This document shows, one piece after another, positions 1 to 12,625 of a stretch of 64,000 bases of DNA. Location of the stretch: contig OZ287748.1 of assembly GCA_965649765.1 (NCBI GenBank), forward strand, positions 68,138,001 through 68,202,000, given 5' to 3'. Under the pieces are notes generated by a model that did not search any database, had not been told where the DNA came from, and worked only from the letters and a program-made list of their open reading frames with translations. The position numbers were made by a program, and so were the translations under genes. The DNA is from Bispira polyomma (lineage: Eukaryota). Numbering within the stretch: the stretch's first letter is position 1; the number at the start of each line of letters is the position of its first letter.

Positions 1-475
1 AGTTTTACAATTAACAGATTGACAAGAGGTTAAGAAATTAGTCTTTTACCTGCAGCCTTTAAAAAAATTATTATTATATCAAAACAATAAACAAAGTCAT
101 AGAAAGCATGAGAAGATTACAGTATATGGTTCTGTATAAGCTCCTGAATATATTAATACCTCAGATAATGTTCAGTTTATTATATCAAATAGTAACTCCT
201 TGGAAGTTATGTTGTTAGGAATCAGAGGAGCTACTGTGAAATTTGCATCAAATTAAAAAAAAAAAAAACTGCATAAAAGAAAAATAATATTAACTATATA
301 CACCAGCTGGAAAACACCAATGATTCTAATAATTCTTCTTTTCTCGGCCGAAAATAGCTTGAAATGAATATAGTAAGAGAAGTTTAGGTAATCCCAAACC
401 CCTGCTATTGATGGCTCCCCAGTGGAAATTTATGAAGCTTTATTTTATGGTTAGGATAAGATTTTTTGTACTGAG

Positions 476-1003
476 ATTTGGGCTCATTCCAAAAAACAAG
501 ATGACCGCCACGGCGGCCATCTTGGAAACAGCTTTCGAACATTTAAAGGAAAAGTATTGCAGCTATCATTACCAAATTTGTTGTAGAGGTGTATCATGTC
601 AATAGCTTGATTGGGATTATTGTATTTGGGCCTATTCCTAAAAACAAGATGGCCGCCATCTACAGTTTGTACGCCATGTACAGTTTCCGAACATTTAAAG
701 GGAAAGTATTGCAGCTATCATTACCAAATTTGTTGTGGAGGTGTATCAAGTCAATAGCTTAGTTGGGTGGGTATTTGGGCCGATTCCGAAATACAAGATG
801 GCTGCTATCCTGGAAACGGTTTCCGGACATTTACAGGAAAAGTATTGCAGCCATCATTACCAATTTTTTGTGAAGGTGTATCATGTCAATAGCTTAGTTG
901 GGTGGGTATTTGGGCCCATTCCGAAATACAAGATGGCCGCTATCTTGGAAACGATTTCTGGAAATTTAAAGGAAAAGTATTGCAGCTAATATTACCAAAT
1001 TTG
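476..1003. repeat. ~135-bp tandem repeat, ~4 copies
   Basis: aaagtattgcagc recurs at 551, 703, 839 and 974. Each unit carries an aagatggccgc..tctt near-palindrome. Confidence 0.9.
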
Positions 1004-1371
1004 TACAAACAATAATAAACTTGAAATTCGTTGCTGGACCCTATCCCTGATACCAATTGTGCAACCCACCTTTTTAGGGTCTATAACCCCACTTGTTAAT
1101 TCAATGGGAAGACCAATGTCAATATATGGGTTTTTTCTTGACACCTTAAACCTAACTCACATACTAGATGGTTGCCTTTTCTAATTACCTCATTGATATG
1201 CAGAACACACTACTAAACTGTGTTAAGCTTGAAAAATATGACATACCTTGCAACTTTTACTGTTTAAAATGAATGACTCTAAATGGTTGAAATGACTAAT
1301 GTAAATGCGGCGCCCTTTTTAGAATGTAAACAACATCAGGCTGTGCGTGATAAAAGAGAACTTCTACTCAC

Positions 1372-3157
1372 TCGTTGGTGTTGAGAGCCTCTGTAAGCCA
1401 GGCGCCCGCCACTCCATAAGGATCTACCGCAGAGTAGGGCTCATTAAAGATCATCATGTTACTGGTGACTACACTGTATTTTATAACCTCTGCACATAGC
1501 TCTAGCAATTGTTCATTGGATTTACCTTGTTGGTTTGTGTGGATCTGTAGTAACTTCTGTATAATAAAGAGATGATAACAGATATACACTAAATGAATGT
1601 ACATGTAGTGGATCTCCGCAAAAGTTTTGAGAAAATTTTCAGTGCAATTATTTGTTAAGATTACCGAATAACTAGAAATAACGAACTGCAATATGTCGAT
1701 AGCATACATTTTCAACTTGCTGCACTGGTGTAACTATCCAGAAATTGAAAATTAAGGCCATTTGATATTTTTTAGGAATATTACTTAAGATTTCAATAAT
1801 TTATTATTTGTTATGCTTTTCTATCTGTTACCAATATAAATATATAATAACTAAATTTTAAATACTTTGTTACAGTACCAATCCCATCAAGTTGGACTGT
1901 GTACCAAATAATGTACAGCTAATTTTACCAAATGTGTTACCATTCAACACTGCATTTTAAAAAAACAGTGTTTAAAACAGTTGTGACATGCACAGTCTGT
2001 GTTAAAATACTGAACCCTTTTAGGTAAAAAACAACATGCAGAAAAAGTGGCAAACTAAGTGAAAAAGCTTTAATAGTTTACTAAATAGACAGCACACAAA
2101 TATTCATCAACTTCACTGCAATACTAGACACCATAACCAATATACAGTACATGTTGTTTCAAATTTACAACTGTTTGTTGCTTTTGCATATTTGGAAATC
2201 TTACATACGCGCCAAACACCATGTACATTCACCAAAATGTAAATGTAATAATATTTTCTTTTAGGATACCTATACGGTGAAATATTACAAGGATTTTCAC
2301 CCAATTTTGTACAAGAATTAATGTTTTATTTTATTTATTTGTAAAGGCAACTATTTCTTGCTTTTGATTTCCAATAAATAGATTATTTTTCAATTCAAAA
2401 CCAACGAAATATTAGTGTCCAGTTTCCCTCTTTGTACGCCAACATTTACCTCTAACCCCTTTAGAATTTTAAAGTCTAACACTTTCCCGTCTCGGTTTGG
2501 CCCTCATAGAATCTTCTCCTTCTGGATGAGTTTCTGTAATCTGTCGAGAAATTCGGCAGTGGCGTCATTAATTTCTCTATCTGGAAATGTCAAGAATTTC
2601 ATTTACTAGTACAGTAGATTTATTTATTCATTGGAGTTTTGTGTCATTAATTAAGGGAGCCCATAATATTGTTCTCCAAAACTTGAGTCCCTTTACTTAA
2701 AAAATTGTGACAGTTGTGTCTTTGTAAAGTTTAATCATATATGTATACAGGATACAGCTTAATCTGATGTGATTACAAAAAAATAACACAAAAACTATAC
2801 GAATAAAAATTAGTCACACCTTGTCTTGTAATTATTTTAGTTAGTCATTTAAGTTGTTGCTGCAAGTACACCTTATACAGAAACAATTTTTTACAATAAC
2901 CTGTTCAACAGACCTTGTCCACCAAGGAGCACGTGATGTCATTCAAGTACTGCCCCACTTGTGTTACCTATTTACAAAGCTTCATTTCTGGAAGTTCACC
3001 AATTAATTAGTGTAGCAGTATACAAGATGGATCAGTGGTCGTCGTGTTTTCAAGCAGTATATTTTACATGTTAGTAATAGATACACAATTTTAATTATGT
3101 AAACATACCTGTAGATTGTGTACATAAAATCCTTGTTACTCTCGCCGAACTGTCCAT
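1372..3157 (-). pseudogene. CSAD/GADL1/GAD-family PLP-dependent decarboxylase, 5' three coding exons, with in-frame TGA
   Basis: Exons are 3157-3109 (AACATGG start, CAG|GTATGT), 2580-2450 (TTTCCAG|, GAG|GTAAAT) and 1556-1372 (TTATACAG|, GA|GTGAGT). They join in phase to give MDSSARVTRILCTQSTDREINDATAEFLDRLQKLIQKEKIL*GPNRDGKVLDFKILKGLEKLLQIHTNQQGKSNEQLLELCAEVIKYSVVTSNMMIFNEPYSAVDPYGVAGAWLTEALNTN. This matches the family N-terminus (R..KV.DF, EQ.L..C..VI.YSV.T, D..G.AG.W.TE.LNT). The TGA is at 2506-2504. Confidence 0.8.
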
Positions 3158-3539
3158 GTTCAGTTGAATACCAAATGACTTGGGCAATGATCAAGATTTT
3201 CCGCTCTGAAAATAAATCCAAGGTGACAATGTATAGATTTGCTTTTGTCATAAAAATTAAGCATTGATTACAGTTGTTGAAAGGCATTGAAGGTCAACTA
3301 GATATCACGACCATAAAGGGGTCTGGTACTTCACTTGTCCCAGTGCTTTAAATGTTCTAAACCACCCTAACCCCTGGCAACTGAGCTGACTTATTTTGCT
3401 CTGTCTATCCAGCCATACACCCAGCCACTTCTTTGTGTAAGTCGACAATGTATTTTCCCTCCTGAAATTCGCCATTAAGCTTTTTGATATTGAAGCACAC
3501 ACACAGGAAATAAGGAATCCAAGACTGTTTCTGTTATTT

Positions 3540-6240
3540 TATGGACTATTTACAATTGTTAATGTTTTTAGTGTTAGTATTTTATTGGTGTAACCTTTTA
3601 GTGATTTAATTACCAGTATGAGGCAACCTAAGAAGACGTCTTCAGATGAAGCTCGTGCTAAAACAAGGACATCCAAAAAAAGTACCGTTCGGGTGAAATC
3701 CTCCAAGAAAAAGATCACAGAGGGGCAGGTAAACGACTGTGTATTAACTACTCTTAATAGCCTCATCCTCGGTACAAGCCGTAACTAGTGAGATGCCAGC
3801 AATGATGGCCATATTTGAGAGATGTCCCAATCGACTCCCGTTGTGTGACCTAGTCAAGATCTCTACAGAAACAGACCAGGAACAATGGCCCCGTATGTTC
3901 CTCTGGCTGCTGCTTCAGCACCCATACCAGAGTCACAGGCGCATTCGTTCCAACACGTTGATTACTCTAGGGAAGCATTGTGCCCAAGGTAGATGTCCTC
4001 AAATCTATCCCTGAAGTCCAGGTACTTGTCAACCAAAGGCTGGCCAAGTACGAGACCCAGACTAAACGTACTCTCACACAAGGTAATTCAGTTCGGGGCG
4101 ATTCAATAGTACCGAGATTGCGACTGCTGATCCCAAACTGAGATGGGCAAACAAAGGCTGGGTGGGCGGGACAGTTCGAAAACGCCCCACATCTGATGAA
4201 TTGTCACTTTTGCAGTGGGCTGCCGGCCAGTTGGCGAATGCCATGTAGGTTACTGATCAATAAACATCAGTGCCACAGGGCCAACTCTTCTAAAAAACAG
4301 GAATGCAAACAACCAATAACTGGGCCAGTAACCAACGACTAGATGAAAAAACATGGGACATGCATTGTAAGGACTTGAGTGTTTTAGGTAATGACAGTAA
4401 TAACACTTAAATGTGAATGAAAAATAAAAAACTAATTTTGATAATAATGTGTGGGAGAATCATAAATTTGCCAAAAGTCAGCTGGACACGGAAACCAGCA
4501 CAATGTGTAAGAACAGTACTTCGAAGATATATAACAATAATGTGATCATGAATGTTTTCTCAGTACAGGTAAACACAGACATCAGGTCAGATTATGTAAC
4601 TCATAGGTGTGATGTAACAATTCAGGTGACAAATTGGTCACATTTTTTTCCAGATTCCCATGAAATTTTGCCAGTCATTATATTAGGTCCAACAATGGGG
4701 AAATAACAGGTTTCTTCATTCAAAAATTGAATGCTGTTAGTAAGGTCCTATTTCAATATTACAAACTATTGAAACGTGTGTATGTAGCATACACTTATAG
4801 TGACCATGAGTCTGTGAATATTACTGCCAAGGTTAACACTGAAGGTGATATTACACCAAAGGAAGTATTAGCAGATCAGCAAAAAGACATCTTGCCATTT
4901 AACAAGCATGGATGTAATTACATTGATTTTGTGATAGGTTTGATTGACAAAATGTTGGATGTTAATGATGGCAATCAATCAGAAATGATTGACCAATCAG
5001 AAATGATTGATTAGCCAATAATTAAAACAAATGTAACAAGTTTGCATAGCACACAAGGTAATGTCTTGACACCACCCACCGACTTCTCAGAAATTCACAG
5101 ATTTTACCATTGTAAGAACCAGAGTGTCACTGACATGAACTTACCTGACAAGGATAAGGGTTTCCTGGTGTTATCAGACACTAATTTTACTTTTACAGGT
5201 CCAGATAGAGCTCCTATTCTAATTTCATCGATTGATCAGATGGTAAAAAGAGCAAACATTATTAAGGACTCGGGATGTCCAAAGTACAGAGGGGCACGCA
5301 TTCCCCTCATATCTGGCTTAAACATTGATGAATGGGAAAAAACTTACTTGACCACCCAGATAAATTATTACTACAGTACCTGAAATTTAGTTTTCCTCTA
5401 TCTTTGGATGACCCTACTTCACTAAATATAGGGGAGGCCACCAATCATCACTCAGCCTTACAATTTAAAGCTGAAATTAGTCAAAACCTTGAGAAAAAAA
5501 GTCAATGGTGCCATGTTGGACCCAGTTAACGAAGTACATAGCGATTTATAATACTGTTCGCCCCTACTTACTCGACTTAAAGACTTGAATAAACGCTAAG
5601 TCATACCCACAAGGGAAATCGGTTAATGATAATGTCAATAAGCAATTATTTGACAATACTTAATTTGTTCTCAAGTTTCCAACTATTGATGACATAGTCA
5701 AAAATACATCAAACCAAGGACGCCAGGATATTCAAGTTGGACGTCGCCTGGGCGTTTACCCCATAGATGCACTCAAACTAAGCATATGTTTTGAAGGCAA
5801 AAAGTACGTGGATCATGTGGTCGGGTTCGGCTGGGTCCACGGCTCGGCGACTTTTCAGCGAAGTTGCAATATGATAGCTCATGCCATGATGATTATGTCG
5901 GCATATCGAGCAGCGATACAGCAGAGAAAGCATTACAGGATTTATACCAATTATTCTTTGGGTCTTCCCATCAATGCAGACAAACTTTCAGCACCAGATA
6001 CTAAGGTAACTTGCTTAGGCATAGACACAGACATTGCTGAAGGTACTATTAGTATAACCCAAGATAAAATTGAGGACACTCACAAGTTATGTGTTGAAAT
6101 TGTTAATAAGTAATAGATATCTTGTGCAAAATTTCAATCTCTATTAGGCCAATTTTTGTATATTCAAAAATGTGTAAAGCCTGGAAGGGCCTTCATAACC
6201 AGACTTCTTATGACCTTTCAAGGTAACGCTCAAGCTTCAA
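3540..6240 (+). mobile_element. Decayed DIRS/Ngaro-like (tyrosine-recombinase class) retrotransposon remnant: gag-like and RT fragments
   Basis: Frameshifted RT motifs occur in order: ARIPLISGLNIDEW, LLQYLKFSFPL, NHHSA, FPTIDDIV (~5676), FKLDVAWAF (~5731), FGWVHGSATFQR, DDYVG, LGLPINADKL..P.TKVTCLGI, FQSLLGQFLYIQKCVKPGRAF. A gag-like ELSLLQWAAGQL lies at ~4200. Boundaries are approximate and no recombinase was seen. Confidence 0.75.
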
Positions 6241-6312
6241 CGTTTGGCTACCGATCTGGAAGAGAATCCTGTATAAGAAACTGATTGTGATGTTTACCTC
6301 TATTGTCGGACA

Positions 6313-6569
6313 TTTGAATTTGAATTTGGATATTTAATGTCCACTCTAGTACCTTTTAGTAGGTTATATTGGGACGGGTAGTTGGAAACGCTGGAGGAAA
6401 CACTGCATACAGTTGGTCAAGGCTCTGCACTAAAACCAGCGGCCCACAGTAAGGAACTACCACCTTTCCCACATAGGCATCAACGGGATTCGAACTCACG
6501 CCGCCCAGAGGTGAGAGACCAGTGATTGTGAAGCGCAATGCTTAATAACCACTAGGCCACCGCGGCCCC
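6313..6569 (-). mobile_element. tRNA-derived SINE family 1, full length, (TTCAAA)n tail
   Basis: Head GGGGCCGCGGTGGCCTAGTGG (A box) and GTTCGAATCC (B box). TSD-like flanks ctctattgtcggaca / ctctattggcagaca. Confidence 0.9.
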
Positions 6570-9002
6570 TCTATTGGCAGACAAGCCCTATCCTATCCAG
6601 ATGTTCTACTGCCTCCTCTCACTACACTCGCTCAAAGTGTGGTACTCAATTTTGTGAAACCAGGACAAAGTAAAAGTTTTGAGACATATGTTGGTGTGGT
6701 GTTCACGAACAAGTAAAAAAGTCTACTCATTTTCTTAGAATCCAAGTTAAGAAAGATAATCTAAGGTACTTCGTCTGCTTACTTAAAATCAAGTAATTTT
6801 TTTCTCCAAAGTAAGTATCTTTTCTTTCGTGAATATCACTTGGATCTCACTTAGTAAATAATAGCCACAATACTTGAACTCTAAGTTAGGAATGGGATTT
6901 CACTTGTTCGTAAATACGACTCAAGGGTTGTGGGTGTCGTAGGCCACTATGCCTATTTGATATTGAGAGAAACCCTGGCTTTAAAAAAAATATTCTGATG
7001 TTATTCTTTCAAGTTAGCTTTTATGTTTGCAAATATAAGCATATTTTACTTGTAAAGACTGGCATTTTTGACTTCTGATATTGTTAAAAGTAATTATTAC
7101 ATATTAATGATGTCTGCATGTTCATTTGAATAAATTTAATAAGATTTAACTCCACAAAATCATTTATCCTAGTCCAGAAACTGCTATAATACAATCGAAA
7201 TCATGTGTGGTATGCTATATTAATTATGGAATCATGCATAAAATCAAAGGACAAAATCAAAGAAGTATCACAAGATACACGTTTGTACATTAGTTTAAAC
7301 TAGTAATTGTATACTATTTACTTACCTATTTGTCTTTGGTTTTGTCTATTGCATTTGATGTTATTTAGAAGTGTAATCCATAAAAAAGACAGTAACTTCT
7401 ACAATTTGTTTAAAGTTCTCTGTTATTTAACTTTGTAAATGTGTGTATAAATATTTCAACAAAAAACATGTACTGGTGAGAAAAATATTTTTGTCCTTTG
7501 TCAGATATGCAGTATAATTTAATGCACAACAGACACTCCCATTCTCCAATTACGCAAGACCCTATTTATACAGTCATGTTCGTTTGGGACTTCTTTAGAA
7601 TATCAAACATGTTCCTCCCACTGTAGAGGTTGGTTTGCCTTTGTACAGGAATGGAAAACAATAAAAAGGTAGACACTAGTGAAAAGTTTAAAAAACTTTG
7701 AATCTGAACAAAATTACGGTTGAGCAGCTATGCGTTAAGTCAATTCATTTGACTTATGCAAGAGGTAATATGTAACACATAATCAACTTTAGCCTGTTTG
7801 AAGCATATATGTATATAGTATATATACAACTAGTTTGTTCTCTAATTTACTAGGGGAAACAATCTCAGTCTCTGATACCCTGAAACCAGTACACATTTTG
7901 GATCTGATGTCTTCTCTGTTGCAGCACCAACGCTATGAAACAATTTATGAGCCAATATAGGATCCCAGAGTACATCTCTAGCTTCAGAAGCAACCTTCAA
8001 ACTCATCTCTTCAATATTGCTTACCCCCTATAATGATTTATACCACTTTGTCAATGATGTTAGAAGATGCCTGGCATCAATTAGGCCTGGAATGGAAGCT
8101 CTTCCAAAACAAGTTTATACTTTATTTCAGATTTTATTGCGTATTATAAACAAATTAATTGACTAACAAAGTAGTTTCATTTGTGTAAAGTCAATCGATC
8201 ATCAAACGTCTTCAGTGCTTATATTTTGCTGAGACGGTTTTTAATATGTTAAAAGTGTATTTTGTTCATAAATATACCTATGCTGAAACTGTCCAATCAA
8301 ATAAAATCTAACATCTCCAAACCTACTGCTCGTTTCTTGCAAATCTTTAACCATCACACCTAGTACTAATTTTGGACCCCCTGTTTCTGAAATCCTGGAT
8401 CCACCGTTGCGTCGTGGGATATAAGATACTAAAAAAAACAAGAGCCCTAGATAATTTAAGTAAACACTTGCCTTTAAGTTTTAAATTTCTTTGGATAAGG
8501 AGAAAGGAAATTTCCCAGAGGTATTAATTTTTTGTTGATTTTGCTGTGATGCCTAAAATTCATCAGGTGGCCATTATAGGTGGGACATATTGTACTGGCT
8601 GCTTTATGATCCCATCAGGTGATTTTGTTGTCAACGGGAAAAAATTTCTTTGGTAAACCAATGTCATATCATTGGACCTAAAAATGGTATATAACATCCC
8701 TGACAGCTATCCCTGGTACTTTTTTGCTTTTGGCTAAAAATGTTTTGTTAATTTCCAATTGCAATATCCAAATAGGATCCAAAAGTGATCTTCTCTTATG
8801 CTTGGAGGACAATAGGTAAATCTAGGTCTGATTCTCCTGACTTGTTGATGTAACTGTTAATGTGCATTTCTTAAACCCAGGTACTGTGATATGCTTTAAT
8901 GTTTCATGTTCTGACTGACTGTGACACTGTTTACTGTTGTGCTGGGCATGGTAAAAAGTCCTACATGTGCTGTTTTGAATGTTCTACCTGAATTAATCTA
9001 TA

Positions 9003-9258
9003 TGTGTGTAGGTTTATGGTCTGATATCACCTCTGTCGAGGTCTCATTCGACTTTACAATTTACAGCCCAAACCTGGGTTCTTCACATGTCAACCTAGTG
9101 TTATTGGCCAGGTACCCATTTATATACCTGGATAGAGAGGAACTACCTTGTGTAAAGCATCTTGTCCAAGGGTACAATTTCCAGGCCAGCATCGAGGATC
9201 GAACCAGGGCTCTGAGATCAGTCAGATCCAAAGTCCGACACTCTACCCGCTAGGCCAC
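9003..9258 (-). mobile_element. SINE family 3 (CORE-like); related copies at ~39460-39772, ~61348-61440 (partial) and ~62390-62889
   Basis: Minus strand starts GTGGCCTAGCGGGTAGAGTGTCGGACTTTGGATCTGA and has a GGTTCGATCC B box. It contains CTTGGACAAG...CCAGGTATATAAATGGGTACCTGGC, a CORE-type segment shared by the longer copies. Confidence 0.75.
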
Positions 9259-10479
9259 ACAGACATTAAGGTTTTTCACTACCATTTTTCCCCAAAAAAT
9301 AAATTTCAATATTTTTTTGTGAAAATTGCAGAAAATGTGCTTTAATAAATTGTCTATTGGGAATGAGCTATCATTTTGCCTTTTTATGAGCCACTCTGCT
9401 ATAAACATTGTTTATCTCCAGAAATATTCCAGTTGTTTCCTATTATTTCAATAGAAACATAAGGGTTTGGGCCCTAAAAATTCTAAACAAATAAGAGGGG
9501 TCTTTTACAGCGAAAATCTTTGTAACTATACTTACATCATGATAAAGTGAAAATTAGTAAATTTAAAAAAAAATAAGTAGCAAGGCTTTTTATTGGGCCA
9601 TTTTGAGTGAAAATATCAAACAGCAGTTAATGTATGGATAACTATTTTTTCCTTTCATGGAAATAGGACTGTAGAAATCCATATTTTATTAATACAACAT
9701 ACAGGCATAGAGTCATATTTGTAATATTTCAGTATAAAACAGTAAATAAAATATTAAATTGTAAATATGATCTTTGTTAAATAGAAAATTAAAGAATTTC
9801 CCTTCTGTAATTTGTGCAATGATCATATTGATAGGTTAAAAATAATTTACAAGAGTATCTGCAACTGAATGGGAGCAAAGATTCTCATATTTGGAAAAAC
9901 CTATTCTGTTGAATTTAAAAACATAAGCAAACAAAAATTTGATTTTATACTATATATATAAACTCCGTTGCTGGGATAAATTAGGGAACTGAAAGTGAAT
10001 ATATTGTACACTGTTAGCATAAAATTTTAATTACTTTATGTTATTATTATGAGAAAAAGTATTATTTTTAGTCATAAAAATGACGGAGTGATAACCCACT
10101 ATTAATCTTTGTTATCATTAATTGTGTTTGTTTGTAGAGTTCAGTAAAACTTGTCATTATTGTTTTCAATATTGTCCTTGTCTTTTTGTTTCTGTATTCT
10201 AGCCATGTGATCTAATAAAAATATTTTTAAAAAATATCACTCCCCTGCTAAAAAATACTACTCTTGACAGTGTTAATTTATTTTCGAAAATCATTGAGAG
10301 AGTTGTGACATCTAGAATGAATCAGGTTATAAAGCCATTCACTCAACAAAACGTTACCTCCTTACCCATATGGTGAAAAAACAGGTTTCTGAATTCACTT
10401 TTCTGGATCTCAGTGGCCTTTATTACTATCGATTATTCAATGTTTTTATCAAGACTTGTCTCATGGTTGGAAATACTGG

Positions 10480-11252
10480 TGTTACATATAAGGACATTGT
10501 GGTATGTTAAAGCACTCTGCTAGAGTAATCTATTTATAGATTTAAGGAAACCCCCTAAGCTTCTAGAAGCTGGTTCTATTTTGTTACTGTTGTTATTGAA
10601 GTTATTATAATTTGTTTACAATTTTATTCTGGAAAGTTCTAGCGATTGTTGTTTACATTCTCTAGCAGTGGTATATATAAGGGTTGACAGCCTGGCCACA
10701 GAGTAGAGTTTATTGAGTTGGTGTGCTTTATGAACTGCTATACTGTGAAGCATTTTATTTATTTTCCTGTGGATATAAACTGATTATTATATAAATTTTG
10801 TGGTGAACTCATTGGAGCAAACTCGTTGTGGATCTACCAGAGATTGGATTTGCTGCATATTGGATATTGTTTGCGTCCTGGACTGGATAGCTTAGTTGTG
10901 CAGACTCTCTGGATATATATCTTTTGTGATCGTGGACACTGGACAGATATCAGGATACAGGCGTTGTGTGTTGGTGGACACTGAGCGGATGTCAAGATAG
11001 ATTGCTGGATACAGTGGACAAACTTGTTTAATTGTTATTTATGTGGACAAGACTGTGGTTAGGTCAGATTAGTTTCATTATTTTATTATTGTATAAACTA
11101 TTAAGGGTATCTCAGTTGACTGTAATTCTGTAATTGTGTAATTGTTATTTTATTTGTTAAATAAATTTGTTAAGTGAAACTTTTTGTCTTTTCCTGTTAC
11201 AACCTAAAAGCAACCGATAATTGCTACCGCGCTTGCTCCCGTGACCGTAACA
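10480..11252 (+). mobile_element. Solo LTR (Gypsy-like), 773 bp
   Basis: Begins TGTTAC and ends GTAACA (6-bp terminal inverted repeat). 4-bp TSD CTGG at 10476-10479 and 11253-11256. TATATAA at 10674 and AATAAA at 11160. Confidence 0.88.
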
Positions 11253-11699
11253 CTGGTACCACACTTAAATGGTTCGCTTCCTAATATACTGGCCAGATGA
11301 GCCCCGTCTTTTAATCCCAAAGCTGTGCCATTTTAGAGTTCCACAAGCATCTTTCTTGAATATTTTACTTTTTTCACTTTACACTAGTCTCGACATAATC
11401 ACTTCCTCCAAGCAACTTCTCAGCCTATTTGCTGGCACTTCCGGAATTCCTCAATGATATACAACCTTTGTTTCAAAACTAATTTAAACTTAATTCAATT
11501 ATGCTTACATATGCTCACCTGTGCAGAGTTGTGTGTCATGTGGGATCTCGCGTCAGTGCGGCTCTTTTTCTCGGGGTTGCTTTGGCTGCCTGCCAAGTGC
11601 CACTTCATTTTCAAGACATAAATTACTACATACAAAGCTGTAAACCTATGTCACCTTCAATACCTTGCCTCCCTGTTGTCTTTCAGCAGGCTTACCAGG

Positions 11700-12022
11700 G
11701 GAAACAGAATTTTAGTCTCTGATACTAGAACTGGTAAACGGATGGGATCCTATGTCTTCTCTGTTACAGCACCTACCCTATAGAATAATTTACCAACCAA
11801 TATACGATTCCAGGAAACCCTCTCTAGCATTAGAAGTAACCCATCTCTTTACCCTCGCTTACCTTTCATAGACATCTTTTTTCCTCCACGTCACCCCCGA
11901 TCACAAATTTGCTTTGGAAACGGTTTATGATTTTTACAACTTTGTCAATGATATTGGGCTTCAGAAGATTTCTGGCATTAATTAGGCACGTTAAAAATCT
12001 ATCATATCATCATCATTATCAT
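11700..12022 (+). mobile_element. L2-like LINE 3' end; related 3' fragments at ~7860-8090 (+), ~12045-12100 (+), ~17250-17345 (-), ~21935-22140 (-), ~23920-24215 (-), ~27760-27975 (-), ~39775-40095 (-), ~49280-49470 (+), ~62490-62700 (+), ~63790-63850 (-)
   Basis: Encodes a decayed ORF2 C-terminus (GSYVFSVTAPTL*NNLP..IR...LSS...HLF). Most copies share the terminus AGAAGATGCCT(A/G)GCATCAATTAGGC.CGTTAAAAATCTAT followed by short tandem repeats. Confidence 0.78.
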
Positions 12023-12529
12023 TTCTGTGTGTAACATTTTCCTCAATGCTTTCTATGATTTAGAAGATGCCTGGCATCAATTAGGCTCATATCATATCAT
12101 ACTGGCAAGAGCCAACAGTGTGATCTTCAGAAAGAGTTCCCTGTTAGTCTCCAGGATATAAAAGGGAATATATAGAAATCTGAAAAATGTCTCTAAATTA
12201 GTCTGTCATACAGCACCAGCTTTGTGGAATTCCCTTCCTGTGATGTTATCCCGCTTACGTGTTACAAGGCAACTAGCACAATTCAGTATTAGCTGAAGAC
12301 GACAGGCGAGTGTCTTGGGAATAGCATGGATTAATGCATTCCCACAATCCAAACGAGAGCCCCCGTTTTAGATGCAACATCACTGTAGCCTTCACTTGAT
12401 TTTTTGGTCGCGTATACATGTGTATTATCAGTATAACAATGATATTTCAAGTTATGTTTCTTTACCAAGTTTACTAACAGGTCTGGCATACATGCAAATA
12501 GTACACAAGTATAGATCCTTGTGGAACTC

Positions 12530-12625
12530 TAAAAATCATCAATTGCTATACGCTGAAAACATTTTGATAAGATATTGTGATCTATAACATCGAATGCAGC
12601 AGAAAGCAACCACAACTCAACTACC
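12530..12625 (-). mobile_element. LINE reverse transcriptase fragment (L2/CR1 group)
   Basis: ORF 12529..12753 contains LSAAFDVIDHNIL, matching the LINE RT motif DLS.AFD.IDH.IL. Confidence 0.55.

Noticed and set aside
340-445. Minus-strand SRGLGLPKLLLLYS as a further decarboxylase exon (compare KG...PKL.LFTS)
   Set aside because: Similarity is weak, there are no convincing splice sites, the intervening conserved exon is missing, and it abuts a repeat.
735-989. 84-aa ORF with an internal repeat (also 408..605)
   Set aside because: A by-product of the 135-bp tandem repeat, whose unit length is a multiple of three.
2915-2968. Possible small minus-strand exon VTQVGQYLNDITCSLVDK between decarboxylase exons 1 and 2
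   Set aside because: It is phase 0-0 while the intron is phase 1, and the splice sites are weak.
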